Part shown: piece after piece, positions 36,616 to 49,316 of the stretch
Layout: the number at the start of each line of letters is the position of its first letter
Numbering within the stretch: the first letter of the stretch is position 1
Source of the DNA: Pristiophorus japonicus
Taxonomy: Eukaryota
NCBI RefSeq assembly: GCF_044704955.1
Contig: NC_091994.1
Span: 89,156,001 to 89,220,000, forward strand
Reading direction: 5' to 3'
DNA: 64,000 bases
Translations under genes and position numbers: made by a program
The notes under the pieces: generated by a model
Database searches by the model: none
Told to the model about the DNA's origin: nothing
The model's input: only the letters and a program-made list of their open reading frames with translations

Positions 36616-37010
36616 AAGACAATTGAAAGAAAGAAAGAAAATGGAACACTTTTAAAAGAATGATGCGAGACATGCAGGACAAGTAGGATTAGCTAGCTCA
36701 AACTAAACAAGTGTGACCCTAAATAGATTAATAAACAGATTGAAAATTAAATAAAGAGAGCAAATGGCCTCGACAAATCTTGTAGCGAGAAAGAAGATTG
36801 GACTTGCGACGGTAAATATAAGGTCACACAAAAATAAGTTAAAAGGATTATCAGAGGGTCTAAAAGGGACCAAAAAAAAACATAACTAGAGAGCCAAAAT
36901 ATAACTATAAAAATATTCTTCCCTTACTGCAATAGCAAGACTGTTAGAGGAGAGGTGAGAACACTAAAATATGCAAATTGGCTTGAAATTGAGGATAAGC
37001 ACAAGATATT

Positions 37011-37763
37011 GGCCCGGATCATGTGGTGGTAATGATGGCGAATTGTCAGCATTCACCATCATTACCCCTCTTAAACTGACCGTAACTTCAGGTTTAGCAC
37101 GTACAAAGATAAACGTGTTAATCCTAAAGTTGCGGTCAGTCACTCCCTGCTCCGCCACAGGCTGCGTTGTGGAACTCCCCATAGCCAGCAATCCGTGAAA
37201 TCAGTTGAACTGACTAAATTTTAAGCTTTTTCCATCTAATTACGCTGTTAAACACCCCATTAAAAGTGAAGTTTTGTTGGAAGAGGTGTAACTGGTGTTT
37301 TAACGGCATATTGACTGCTGAACAACTGTGCTGGCCCTGAAAACTGAATTTTATATTTATGGAATGTCAAATTTCTCTATTATGATAGAAAATTACTCTT
37401 TATTAAAAATAATATATATTTTTAAAGTTTGTTTATGATATTTCAGCTTCTACCTTAACCCCATGTGTATGTCCCAATCTTTATTTTGCTTTCTGTAAAA
37501 TGTTTAAAAAGTGAATTGAATCAGTGCTTTTTATTTCCTGGTTTGCTGTCTGTGAGAATTCTTCATTGTGATTGGTTACTTAAACAGCTTGATGATGTTA
37601 CTGATGCATCGTGCTGGGGATACCCTTTTGACAGTGCTATAATTCATTTAGCGTAGGAAAACCTAAAGTTTTCGCCACAGAGATTGCAAGAGCTTTGTGG
37701 CCAGCTATCTTCATGGTCAGCAGCGATCATTGCTTCTTTGCCGCTGACCGCAAATTTCAGACC
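37011..37763. repeat. Putative non-autonomous DNA element with degenerate terminal inverted repeats
   Basis: Ends GGCCCGGATCATGTGGT / (rc) GGTCTGAAATTTGCGGT. Confidence 0.35.
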
Positions 37764-37779
37764 ATTAAATATTCTAAGT

Positions 37780-39480
37780 GATTACTTCCTCAAAACATTT
37801 ACAAGGGAAGACATGAACAACATGCCCTCCCAAAAAGAGAGTACAAAGGCCTAATTCGAGTGCTTCAATATAAATGAGAAGGAGATCCTAAAGAAGCCCT
37901 AAAACAAATAAACTCTCAGATCTAGATGTTATTTAGTGTTGAGAGAGACAAATGAAGAGATTCTCAAGACACCAACAATCATTATGAGGAAGTCAATGCA
38001 CGATGGAGAGGTACCAGTAGATTTTAAACAAGCTAATGTGGTGCCCATGTTCAAAAAAGGTGACAGAAGTAACGACAGACTTATTAGTCTACAATTACAT
38101 AATTGATTATTAAGAGTAAACGTGAGGATTATTTGTTAACAACCTAGTTATCAGCAGTTGCCGTGGCTTTAGATGGGGAAGATCCTGAATGACCAATTTC
38201 CTTGATTTCTTTGAGAAAGTGACAATTCTATTCGATTGTGGCAAACACTACAACTTTGTGTACTTCCAACTTCCAAAAGGTATTTGATAAAGTTCCACAC
38301 AAAAGATTACTAATCCCCAAAGTTCTGGGGATTCAGGACAAAACTTGGCTAAGAATAAGAAATTGGTTGAGGGTGGTAATGTCTGGGGGAGGGAGTGTCA
38401 GAGTGAGGTGCGCGGGTAAGTACTGACGAGGTGCCCTCGAGCTCCAAGCTTGCTCCACTGGTGTTTCTAAGCTACATCAATGACTTGGATTCAGAACTTC
38501 AACGTAAATTGTTTAAAAGGAACAGTGTATTCACATCAGGCAGCTCAGAAACTAGGGAATGAGCTAAACAAAATGTGTGAGTTGGCCAACAAAAGGTAGA
38601 TACAATTAAGCAGGCAAGAGTAAAGTACTGCAAAGAGAAGGGAAAAATGGGCAACATGCAGCTTTAGTAAACAAAGTGATTATCTGCACAGGCATTTTTG
38701 TGTCCTTCTGCACATGCGCACAGTCGGCCCCGCCCCATTTTGTGCATCTAATTACACATTCTCGAGAAACTGCTGGGTGTGAATTATCCTCTAAAGGGGA
38801 CCAGTGAGCAGCCAGGACTTGTCATTAAGGGGGCCCAATCAGAGCTTTTAGGTGTTGCAAATTGACACATCCTTCAGTAAACTCAACATGTCCAGCCAGT
38901 GCAGAGTTACAATCAATAAAGCCAATAGAATTTTGAAACACATAAATAACCAAAACAATAGAATACAAGTCAGAGGAAGTCATGATTAAACTGTAAAGTG
39001 CTCTGGTCAGACTATACCTTGAGTAGTGTTCAGTTCTGGTCACTGAGTGCTGGAGGCAGTGCAGAGAAGCGCCAGGAGGCTGATCTCTAGTTTCAGGGGT
39101 CTGAGTTATGAAGAAGGACTGGAGAGACTTGGGCTTTCAGCTTGTAAAAGAGACATCTGAGACGTAACCTTTTAGAGGTATACAAGAACATAAGAAATAG
39201 GAGCAGGAATAGGCCATTTGGTCCTTTGAGTCATTCAATAAAATGTGGCTGATCTACCTCAACTCCACTTTCCTGCCCTATCCCCATTAGATAGTAAATG
39301 ATATGAAAAAGGTTAATGCAGAATATTATTTTAAACTATAGGAAGAGGGCAAGGTGACAGACACAGGTTGAAATGAGAAAAAAGTAACGTTAGGACTGAT
39401 ATCAGAAAGTAGTTCTTCATGCATCGTGCGATCAACACTCGGAAAAGACCAGAAACTCTGGAATAATTTTTTTTTTTAAA
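37780..39480 (+). mobile_element. Highly decayed CR1 LINE
   Basis: [13 protein letters not shown] peptide; ANVVPMFKKG-like and LVRL.LE.CVQFW-like remnants. Confidence 0.7.
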
Positions 39481-39490
39481 CTAGACGCAG

Positions 39491-39745
39491 CATCATCATC
39501 ATCATCATCATTATCGGCAGTCCCTTGAAATCGAGGAAGACTTGCTTCTACTCTAAAAGTGAGTTCTCAGATGGCTGTACAGTCCAATGCGGGAATTACA
39601 ATCTCTGTCACGGATGGGGCAGACAGGGATTGAAGGAAAGGGCGGGTGGGGAGCCTGGTTTGCCGCTTGTTTTCTGCATGCTCTCGGCGACGAGACTCGA
39701 GGTGCTCAGCGCCCTCCTGGATGCTCTTCCTCCACTTTGGGCCAG
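39491..39745 (-). mobile_element. RTE 3' fragment with (CAT)n tail
   Basis: Matches 35343-35580. Confidence 0.85.
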
Positions 39746-39982
39746 CAATGGGAAGAATGCAGGGTTGTTCTGGATAGATGAATTCACATGAGTGGAATGG
39801 TCTTCCTCTTATAAGGCAATGGCCTTGGTCCTAAGCTTATAATTTGGAGTTGTTTTTGAGTTGCCAGCTGTTTGCAAGTTTTTTTTTTAAATGTTGGGTT
39901 GTATGCCAGTATTATTTCCCTCTCATCCCCCTCCCCCCACCTGCAGGCCTATTCTGGGAGACTGACTCCACAGAGGAGGGGG

Positions 39983-40007
39983 CCGGAAGTGCTCCGGCCG
40001 CCATTTT
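39983..40007 (+). promoter_or_regulatory. CASP9 promoter: ETS/GABPA motif CCGGAAGTG and YY1 motif CCGCCATTTT
   Basis: Consensus matches 70-95 nt upstream of the ATG, in a CpG island. Confidence 0.55.
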
Positions 40008-40075
40008 ACGTGTGGGAGGCCGGGCCGGGCCGGGCCGCCGGTCGGGTTCCCTCGCTCCCAGCGAGCCGGGTCAAG

Positions 40076-40207
40076 ATGGACGAGAGTCAGAGAAAACTTC
40101 TGCAGAAACATCGCGTGCAGCTGGTGACAACGCTGCGACCCGAACTTCTTTATGACTTTCTGGTGGCGAAAGAAATTTTTACTGCGGACATGATAGAGGA
40201 AGTGGAG
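40076..40207 (+). CDS. CASP9: Caspase-9 exon 1 (CARD)
   Basis: MDESQRKLLQKHRVQLVTTLRPELLYDFLVAKEIFTADMIEEVE; 132 nt; Kozak AAGATGG. Confidence 0.93.
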
Positions 40208-40213
40208 GTGTGA

Positions 40214-40331
40214 AAGGAAGGGTCCGGGGGAAGGGGGGAGGGTCCGGGGGAAAGGGGGGAGGGGGGAAGGGTCCGGGGAAGGGTCCGGGGGAAGGGGGGA
40301 AGGGGGGAGGGTCCGGGGGAGGGGGGAAGGG
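40214..40331 (+). repeat. G-rich tandem repeat (GGGTCCGGGGGAAGGGGG)n in CASP9 intron 1
   Basis: Five GGGTCCGGGG units with G4-G6 runs. Confidence 0.85.
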
Positions 40332-41963
40332 CAAATGCTCCAACTCTCGCTGGGGTTCAAAGTGTTACAAGCAGTAACTGGCTGAGGGCAAAATTGGGCT
40401 CGACTGTGTTGCTGCTCACAGTTGAATATCCCAGTCTGTGTCTAGGCTCCTACATGGAGAATGGGCTCTTGGGCAGGTGGGGTACTGCAGTCAGCTGGCA
40501 CCCGTGGAAACCCAGCAGGTCATCAAGGCATTCCAAAAGAAAGATAAATGTGTGTGCATATAATGGCAATTAATATAAAAACTGCAACAAATGCTGGTCA
40601 AATGTGTAAACTTGCATAAAAATATAATATTTTTGCTTTCATCTGTTTGCCTGTTTTGATATACAGTTGCACTCTTAAAATAGTTTTACAAAACATTCCT
40701 ATTTGGATCTTGCAATAATTACTTGTGTTAACTGGTCATGTTAATTGCTTCTGTGCTGTACCAAATGGTACTCTACAACAGAACTTACATACAGGAAATA
40801 CATTTGCTTCAAGAAAATCAAACCAGTTTGAATAAAATGGTTTCAATAACTTCTGTCTGCTTGCCTTGTTTTTTTCCCTGATCTTTCACACATAAAATAG
40901 TAATTATAGAAACATCTAAACATGTAACATCTGTTTCCTTGTGCCCTCCATTCTCAAGCTACTTTCCACATCTCTTAAAATTGAATCCCTAATTGGCTGA
41001 AAACCAACAAGGATACAGAATATTGCTGACGCGATTGTATAACCTTAATGTTTTTTGTGCCATCTTTGATAATGCAAAAGACCAAGGTTGAATATAAAAC
41101 CTAGCTCTACACATTTAAATAGGTTTTAAATCTTATTTATACTCTTGCAGAACTTAAGTGCTCACGTGATTTAGTGGGGAAATGCACTGCATGGTGTGGG
41201 ACCGAGCCAAAAAACTCCAAAGGTCCTGTTTTTAAACCCCTGTTCTGTGATATGTTAATCTCAACTGGGGCAATAATGAGGTATCTCAACTGTCCTTGCG
41301 GGAAGAGCAAATCAGCTTTCCATGGTCAAAAGTAAATGTTTGTGGGTGGGGATAATATTGAGACAGGAAATGTCCAAGAATCATAGAATGGTTACAGCAC
41401 GAAAGAAGGCCATTCCTGCCATTGAACCCGGCTCTCTGCAGGAGCACCTCAGCGAGTCCCTTTCCTCGTAGCCCTGCAAATGTTTTTCTTTCAGATACTT
41501 ATTCAACTCTGTTTTGAAAGCCGTGATTTAGTCTGCCTCCACCACCCTTTCAGATCCTAACCACTCGCTGTGTAAAATTTTTCTTATGTCGCTTTTGGTT
41601 CGTTTGCCAATCACCTTAAATCTGAGACAGGAGAGTGAGGGAGTGTAAAAGCATCATGCGTGAGACCTAGCCAGCCACAGTTTAGGATAAGAACTGCAGA
41701 ATATCAATGCTTATATAGGTTGTAGTAAGATCGACTCTTATGTTCTGAAGATTTGCAAGAGATTTAACTGCTGTTTCCTTTTTCTATCTGAAATCTGTCT
41801 TTGATTTCTGTTTGTCATTATGGAACTCTGGAAGATGAGACATTTCAGTAAACCAAATACCAGCTAGCATTTGTGACTATGTACAACTATTGCTTAGTTT
41901 GAAATTACAATGCTTAAATGATCATAGTCAAAATGTAGCTCACAGAATTTTCTTTGAATGTAG

Positions 41964-42186
41964 AAATCGGGCACACGCAGGGACCAAGCCCGTCAGTTGG
42001 TAACCGATCTGCAGACTCGCGGGACAAGAGCATTTCCTGCTTTTTTGGAAAGTCTGGAGGAAACTGGACAACACGAGCTTGTTGCTTTACTGCGAGACGG
42101 GCTCTCCATCTCTGTTAAACCAGTCCAGCCCCGGAAAGGATGCAAACCTGTACAGCATGAGACCCGGGCTTCTCACCCAGTCCAAT
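41964..42186 (+). CDS. CASP9: Caspase-9 exon 2 (CARD C-terminal half and linker)
   Basis: KSGTRRDQARQLVTDLQTRGTRAFPAFLESLEETGQHELVALL...; phase-1 donor T|GTATGT. Confidence 0.9.
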
Positions 42187-42765
42187 GTATGTAAGGAATT
42201 TACAGGAATCTGGTTGTGTTTCGGTTAAGAAACTGATTGCTCGGTGGTAATAGGTTTACTTTAACCCTGTTCTGGGTGTGTGGCTAATTCAGAACCAGCT
42301 TGTAGCTTTTGACCAATAGTCCCAGCTATTGTGTTTAGGCAGGTGTCGAACAATTGACCCTCCCTCTCTTTCCTCCCATTGGGAAGCACATAGAATTAAA
42401 AAGGTGACTCATGGGTAAGATGCTTGAATGGTTCGCGAAATAGTGCAGAAAACCTGAGGGAAGTTAGCAAATATTTCAGACATTTAGGAAGACAGGCAAG
42501 GGCAGTGAAACTGGGATATATCAAAAAAACATTGGGAATGAAAGGTGCAGAAGTCTGGGACTACACTGTTTGTTCCCAAATCCTTGTAATGGGATGTCGA
42601 TCAAACGTGAGCACTTTTTTTTACTGTAAAATAAATAAATTCCTTGGGGCTATAAATGCATACTTTCAAACTGGTTTGTTTTTCAATAAATAGCATTGTT
42701 AGGTCTGCCATAAAGAAAGACTTGCATTTATGTTGTGCCTTTCACAACCTTAGGAGGTCCCAAAG

Positions 42766-43041
42766 GTAATATTTTGTTGTAAACATTAATCAAGTGCCCC
42801 CCGATTAAAGAGGGGTCACACTCCAAAAACTTTCCAAGTGCCCCCTTGTTTTTTTTTTGAGGGCACCAAAACACAAATTATACAAGTGTCCCCTGGCTAA
42901 AAGGGTGGGGCGGGGAACTAAAACCGACAAACTTAAACAAATTAAACTTTAGACATGGTTCAAATAAAAATTTGGTTGCCGGGAGTGATAATGCACTCCA
43001 GTCCCTCCGGCGCCCACCTCTCATGGAAGGCCGCGAGCGTA
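42766..43041 (-). mobile_element. Tx1-like 3' fragment inserted in a SINE tail, TSD CCCAAAG
   Basis: Reverse complement of 42960-43043 matches 30018-30100; different 3'UTR. Confidence 0.7.
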
Positions 43042-43199
43042 CCCAAAGAGCTTTACAGCCTGGATACTTGTGTTACATATTTCTGACCTTTGAAAGTACT
43101 TTAAGCTTATGCTTTATAGAAAGTGGCCATTGGAGTAAAATGTAAATCAGCTTCAGTTATAGAAATCTAGCACCCGATGAAAGATTTGTGTCTAGTGAC

Positions 43200-45290
43200 T
43201 GCAACAACAACTTGCATTTATATAGCATCTTTAACATCGAAAAATATCCCGCCGTTTCACAGAGGTGTAATTCGGCAAAAATGGACGTTGAGCCAGAGAG
43301 GGAGATATTGGGAGGAATGAGCAAAAGTTTGGTTAAAGAGGTGAGTTTTAAGGAAAGCCTTGGGGGAGATGGAGAGGCAGAGGGATTTAGTGGGGTTTTG
43401 GGGAGGGAATTCCAGGGTGAAGGGCCTACAGGTTTGAAGGCACAGCCGTTGGAGGAACAGAGGGTTCTGGTGGTGGGGCTTATTGGGCTGGAGGAGGTCA
43501 CAGAAGTAGGGAGGGGCAAGACCATGAAAAGATTTAAACATGAGGATCTTTAAATTTTAGGATTTGAAGGACTGGGAGCCAAAGCCGGGTAACATGAACA
43601 ATGGTGATAAGTGAGCAGGACGTGGTGTGGGATAGAATAAGATACGCAGACATTTGGATGAGCTGAAGTTTAGAGTGTGAAAGACGGAAGGCTGGTCAGG
43701 AGAGCATTGGAATAATCAAGTTGAGACAAAGGCATGGATGTAAGTTTCTGCAGCAGGTAGGCTGAGCAGGGCAATATTAGGTGGAAGTAGGCAGTCTTTA
43801 TGATGGAGGGGATATAGGATCGTAAGCTCAATTCGGGGTCAAATAGGACACCGAGGTTGTAAACAGTATTGTTCAGCCTGAGACACTGGCCAGAAAAGGG
43901 ACTGGAATCATTGGCAAGCAAAGGGAGTTTGTGGCAGTGATTGAAAACAATGGCTGTGTTTTTCCCCAATGTTTAACAAGAGGAAAATGCAACTCATCTA
44001 AGACTGGATGTTGGTAAAGCACACAGGCAGTGGAAGGGTCGAGAGAGGTGATGAAGTGGTAGAACTGGGTGTCATTAGAGTAAAGGTGGGAACTGACCCC
44101 ATTCCTGGCTCATGTCAATAAAGACCAACATGTAGATATAGAAGAGGACGGGCTCCAGGATAGATCCTTGCGGGACTCCAGAGGTCATGGTGGTGGGGGT
44201 GAGAAGAAAAACCATTGCTGGAGATCCCCTGGTTACCATTGGATAAGTAAGAGAGGGCTGCACAACAGAGGAGAGGTGTTGGAGGAGGATAGTGTGAGGG
44301 CTGCAGAGGTTGAGAAGGAAAATGCACCATGGTCACAGTCATAGAGGATGTCTTTTGTGACACTGATTTGGGCTGTTTCAGGGTGGAACCTGATTGGAGA
44401 GATTCAAACTTGCAAGAAAAATGGGCACAGATTTCAGAGGCAACAAATTCAAGGACTTTGGAGAGGAAATGGAATTTGGAGCCGGGATGATAGTTTGTGA
44501 GGACCGAAGGATTGAGTTTTTTTTAGCCAGTTTTGAATGGGAGGGGAATGGTACCTGTGGAGAGGGAACCACTTACAATATCAGCTAGCTTTGGGGCCAG
44601 GAAGAGAAGTTGAATGGTCAGCTATTTAATGGGAATGTGGTCAAGAGAACAGGAAGTGGGTCTCATGGACAAGATGAGCTTGGATTGGGCATGAGGGGAA
44701 ATAGGAGACAGACCGGAGAATAAAGTGGGGTCAGGGCAGGAGAAGAAGCCTAGTGGGGGAGGTTTGGCTTGGTGGTTGAAGGTAAGGGAGTTAGCTGAAC
44801 AGATGGTCCATCTTAGTGACAAAGTCCATGGGCTCCTCGAACTTGTAGGAGGTGAGGCTGGAGAGGACAGGGGAAAGAGGTTTAAGAACACGGTTGTTAG
44901 TTGAGAAAAGAAGCCGGAGGTTATCTTTGCCCTCCTAGGTGATCGTGGAGTAGTGGGCGGTTTTGGCAGAGGAGAATGAAGCCTGATTTCATGTGCTGTG
45001 GTCCAGCCAGATCTGGTGCTGGATGCCGAAACCAGTTGCATCAGACTTGCCCAAGTTTGCATCCCTTGGAATTGAGGGAGCAAAGACGGCGGCTGAACCA
45101 GAGGGAGCGATCAGGATGGGAGAGAGTAAAGGTTTTACTGGGGATAAGGACATCAAAATGGAGGTGAGGGAGTGTCGAGCCGGTCGACAGCAGCAGAAGT
45201 ATTGTGGCGAAAGAAAGGCCAAAGGCTAGGCAGTGGGGAGTTTGAAAGTGCAGATTTAAGTGATTTAGAGGAGAATTTTTATATGGAGGG
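43200..45290 (-). mobile_element. Decayed L2 LINE
   Basis: SGVPQGSILEPVLFYIYM, NLGVLFDPELS, LDYSNALL peptides; CAACAACAACTTGCATTTATATAGC tail. Confidence 0.8.
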
Positions 45291-45320
45291 AGATGTATCA
45301 CTATGTTCTGTCCCTCATAG

Positions 45321-45382
45321 GTTCAGATACTGATCTCTTAGTTCCAAGGAAAACAACGACCAAAATACAACAGGGTGACATG
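45321..45382 (+). CDS. CASP9: Caspase-9 exon 3 (linker)
   Basis: Pyrimidine tract plus TAG acceptor, ATG|GTGAGT donor; 62 nt bridges phase 1 to phase 0; SDTDLLVPRKTTTKIQQGDM. Confidence 0.8.
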
Positions 45383-45726
45383 GTGAGTGTTTATAATCAC
45401 TGTGTCTGTACAAACTGTTTACTCCTTGAGTTTTGTATAAGGTATTGGCTGGTGTGGGGGATAATTCAGTCCCAATTTGGATTTGTGCCAGTGCAGTTTA
45501 TGCAGAAGTCCTGTATGTACAAACCAAAACCAACATAATACCCACACATGGATGGAAGTTAAACTTTATTAAGATTTACAATGAAGACTGGTTGATAACA
45601 GCATTGTTCTTTTACCCTGGAATATAAGAGTCTGTTGATTTTAAAATGATGGAACCACTCTGTCTGCTGACTGTAAAGAGCTTGTATGAAAGAAATTGGT
45701 TAGTCTCAGTCAAGCTCTTAGTGTAC

Positions 45727-46911
45727 ATCATAGAATCATAGAAAATTACGACACAGAAGGAGGCCATTTGGCCCATTGAGTCCGTGTCGGTCAAAACACA
45801 GCTACCCAGCCTAATCCCACCTTCCAGCACTAGGTCCGTATCTCTGTAGGTCACGGCTCTTTAAGTGCACATCCAAGTATTTTTTTAAATGTGGTAAGGG
45901 TTTGTGCCTCTATCACCCTTTCAGCCAGTGGGTTCCAGACCCCCACCACCTTCTGGGTGAATTTATTTCTTCATAATCTTCCCTCTAATACTTATACCAT
46001 CTACTTTAAATCTATGCCCACTGGTTGTTGACCCCTCTGCTAAGGGAAACAGGTCCTTCCTATCCACTCGATAAGAGGCCCCTCATAATTTTACACACCT
46101 CAATTAAATCTCCCCTCAGCCTCCTCTGTTCCAAAGAAAGCAACCCCAGCCTATCCAATCTTTCCTCGTAGCTAAAATTTTCCAGTCCTGGCAACATCCT
46201 CGTAAATCTCCTCTGGACACCCTCCAGTGCAATCACGTCTTTCCTGTAATGTGACCAGAACTGCATGCAGTACTCAAGATGTGGGCTTAACTAGTGTTGT
46301 TTACAGTTCTAGCATAACTTCCCTGCTTTTATATTCTATGCATTGGCTAATAACGGAAAGCATTCCGTATGCCTTTTTAACTACCTTATCGACCTGTCCT
46401 ACCTTTAAGGATCTGTGGACATATATTCCAAGGTTCCTCTGTTCCTCCACACCCCCGGTATCCTCCCATTTATTCTGTAACCCTTTCCTTGTTGCCCCTC
46501 CCCAAATGCATTACCTCATACTTTTACGGATTGAATTCCCTTTTCCACTTTTCTGCCCAACTGGCCAGTTCATCGATATCTTCCTGCAGCCTGGAACTTT
46601 ACTCTCACTGTCAACCACACGGCCAATTTTTGTATCATTGGCAAATTTCTTTATCACGCCTCCTACATTTAAGTCTAAATCATTAATATATACAGGTAGC
46701 TGTACTACAAGAAGCAAGGGACCAAGAGTGAGCCCTGTGGAACCCCACTGGAAACAGCCATCCAGTTGCCAAAAACACCCGTCAACCATTACCCTTTGCT
46801 TCCCAGCACTGAGCCAATTTTGGATCCTATTTGCCACTCTCCCTTGGACTTTTACTTTTTTGATCAGCCAGTCATGTGGGATCTTGTCAAAAGCCTTGCT
46901 AAAATCCATCA
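45727..46911 (-). mobile_element. CR1 LINE fragment
   Basis: MDFSKAFDKIPH, KFANDTKIG, VQRRFTRMLPGL. Confidence 0.88.
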
Positions 46912-47294
46912 AACGCACTGTCCCCGTCACAGGTTTACAGTACAAGTCCCTGCAATTTGGTTTTGAATTGGTATTTTTCCTTAGAGAGATCAAATGGAAG
47001 TTGGAAAATTCCCATTGATACAGCAAGTGCTGATTGATGCTACAGTTAAAGTACATTGTTTCCCTGCATCTGCTGTACCTGACAGAGATCTTGATGGTAA
47101 CAGAATGTTCCATTCCCCATCACTGGCATCCATCACTTTGATTTCCCACTCCCAAAAACGACATTTAAAACAAACACTAAAATGGGACTTTTATTTGCGT
47201 GCTCACACAGTCTACTACTCTCAATTCATAAGTGCATAATTCAATTTATCTGTTGATTCTGTTTTTTAAATCACCAAATTTCTCTCTGTGTTAT

Positions 47295-47670
47295 TTACAT
47301 AGAATTAAATAGATTTTATATCTCAGAATCAGCCTTCCACACACTCTATTTACTTCATCTCCCCCTATCAACATATCCTTCTATTCCTTTCTCCCTCGTA
47401 CTTATCGAATTTCCCCTTAAATGCATCTATGCTATTTGCCTCAACCACTCCTATGTTCTACATTCTCTCAATTGTCTGAGTAAAGAAGTTTCTCCTGAAT
47501 TCCTTGTTGGATTTATTAGTGACTATCTTCCATTCATGGCCTGTAGTTTTGGACTCCGCAAATGTTCACCAGAAGTCATTTAGCATGCGTTTCTACGTCT
47601 ATCCTACCGAACCCCTTCATGATTTTAAAAACGTCTATCAGGTCACCTCTCAGTGTTCGTTTTTCTAGAT
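47295..47670 (-). mobile_element. CR1 3' fragment
   Basis: Similar to 53790-54060. Confidence 0.7.
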
Positions 47671-47818
47671 TTATGGTGCCTCATCCAAAGTATTGGATTA
47701 TTAGAATTTTTAATGCAAAAAAAAGTACATTGAATTTTCAACAAGAGACTGTATTGGGTAAAAATTGCTTTTCCATTTTCAGACTGTGGATTTCACCTTT
47801 CCCTTTGCGTACCTTTAG

Positions 47819-47995
47819 ATTTATAAAATGGACGCTAATCCTTGTGGCTGTTGTTTGATCATCAACAACGTAGACTTCTTTCCAAGCAGTGATTTGACAA
47901 GTCGCTTAGGCTCTGATATCGATTGTGAAAATGTGCAAACACTCTTCCAGAAATTGCACTTTGAGATTATTGTTAAAAGAAATCTGATCAAACAA
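47819..47995 (+). CDS. CASP9: Caspase-9 exon 4
   Basis: IYKMDANPCGCCLIINNVDF...RLGSDIDC...; 177 nt. Confidence 0.94.
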
Positions 47996-48584
47996 GTGAG
48001 TATCTCCACACACACCTATTAACCTTTGATTAGTCATTGTGCACTCTATGGCCTATAATGTGCCGATAGAGTGCAGCACAGCCCTGCATAACCCACAGTG
48101 CAAGGATCACTTGACCTATTATAAGAAACCTGTAGCTTCAGAACTAACCAAATGTGTTCCAAAGGCAGGGAAAGGTACTATTGAGAGTGCTCAAAGCATG
48201 GCCGCCATTGTATGCATAGCACACAGTGTTACAGATTTACGAGGAGCCTTGTACAATCTCATTTTCATCAGAGTTAACTTCAGCCCAGAAAGCTGATATG
48301 GTAGCTCTACCAAATGATGCAAAATCTCTATTCCTAGAACTTGGTTGTTAACTTCCAGAATTTATCCAGGCTTTTGTGAAAAGCAGAAAGTGACCATTTG
48401 GCAGAGCCATCTGCATAATAGATTGGAGTTGGACATAGCAGCAGGTTTAATCTTTACGTAATGACTTTATCTATACCAGAAACTGCATGTGCTACAAGTC
48501 CTTAGCGAGACCTGCTGCCTTATGGGTTTCTTTGACTCCCGACCACTTTTCACTTGCTGTGGCGAAACTGAACGACAACACAGT

Positions 48585-49107
48585 GGGCTGGACTTTCGGG
48601 TTTTGGGGCGAAAATGGTAGCGGTACATGAAAATTACCGTTTTCGCTGCGTTACCGATTTTAGGCCGAACTTTCAGCCTTTGGGGCATTGCAAAGGGAGG
48701 CATTGCACAATTATTTGCGGCGCAAAACGCGAGTTTCGCCAACTTTAGTGCGAGATCGTTTGCGCTGCGAGAGAGGCCTGGGCGGGGGTGGGGATTCCAA
48801 AAATATTACCAAGACCCTTAACTAACTAATCGCTGCAAAAAAAATAAAATCTTTAACTTACCGCTGCTGGCAGGGCTGTACCGACAGGTTTTACCTGTCC
48901 CTGTTCTGGGCGCGGCGTACGGGTCGGGAGAGTGCCGAAACTTCGACAGTAACACAATCTGCGTCGTTATACGTCCGGCACAGCTCTCCCTGGCGGTACT
49001 TCCTATCGCCGCTGCAAACCGGTAACCAAGGATCCCGCCTGGGCCTTGCGACCGGGTTTTGCCACTGAGGGTCAAATCCTGTCGCAAACCTCTCTCAAAT
49101 CCAGCCC
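48585..49107. mobile_element. CpG-rich putative non-autonomous DNA element with short TIRs
   Basis: GGGCTGGACTT ... AAATCCAGCCC. Confidence 0.55.
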
Positions 49108-49226
49108 TATGACTGATTCCATGTTCCCCTTGGTGACTTGATTTGTGAAAGTCTTAGTTTTAACAAATATGTTGCATCACAGATTGATGGTGCTTCCTCA
49201 TTCTGTTCTGCGTTTCTCTCTGACAG

Positions 49227-49316
49227 AAGATGGTGGAGGAGCTGAGGAGCCTAGCTCGCAGGGACCATACGAATTTCGACTGTTGTGTTGTAGTTATTCT
49301 TTCGCATGGCAGTCAG
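49227..49316 (+). CDS. CASP9: Caspase-9 exon 5 (catalytic His, LSHG)
   Basis: [30 protein letters not shown]; 90 nt. Confidence 0.95.

Noticed and set aside
46227-47018. 263-aa plus-strand ORF
   Set aside because: Antisense shadow of a CR1 fragment
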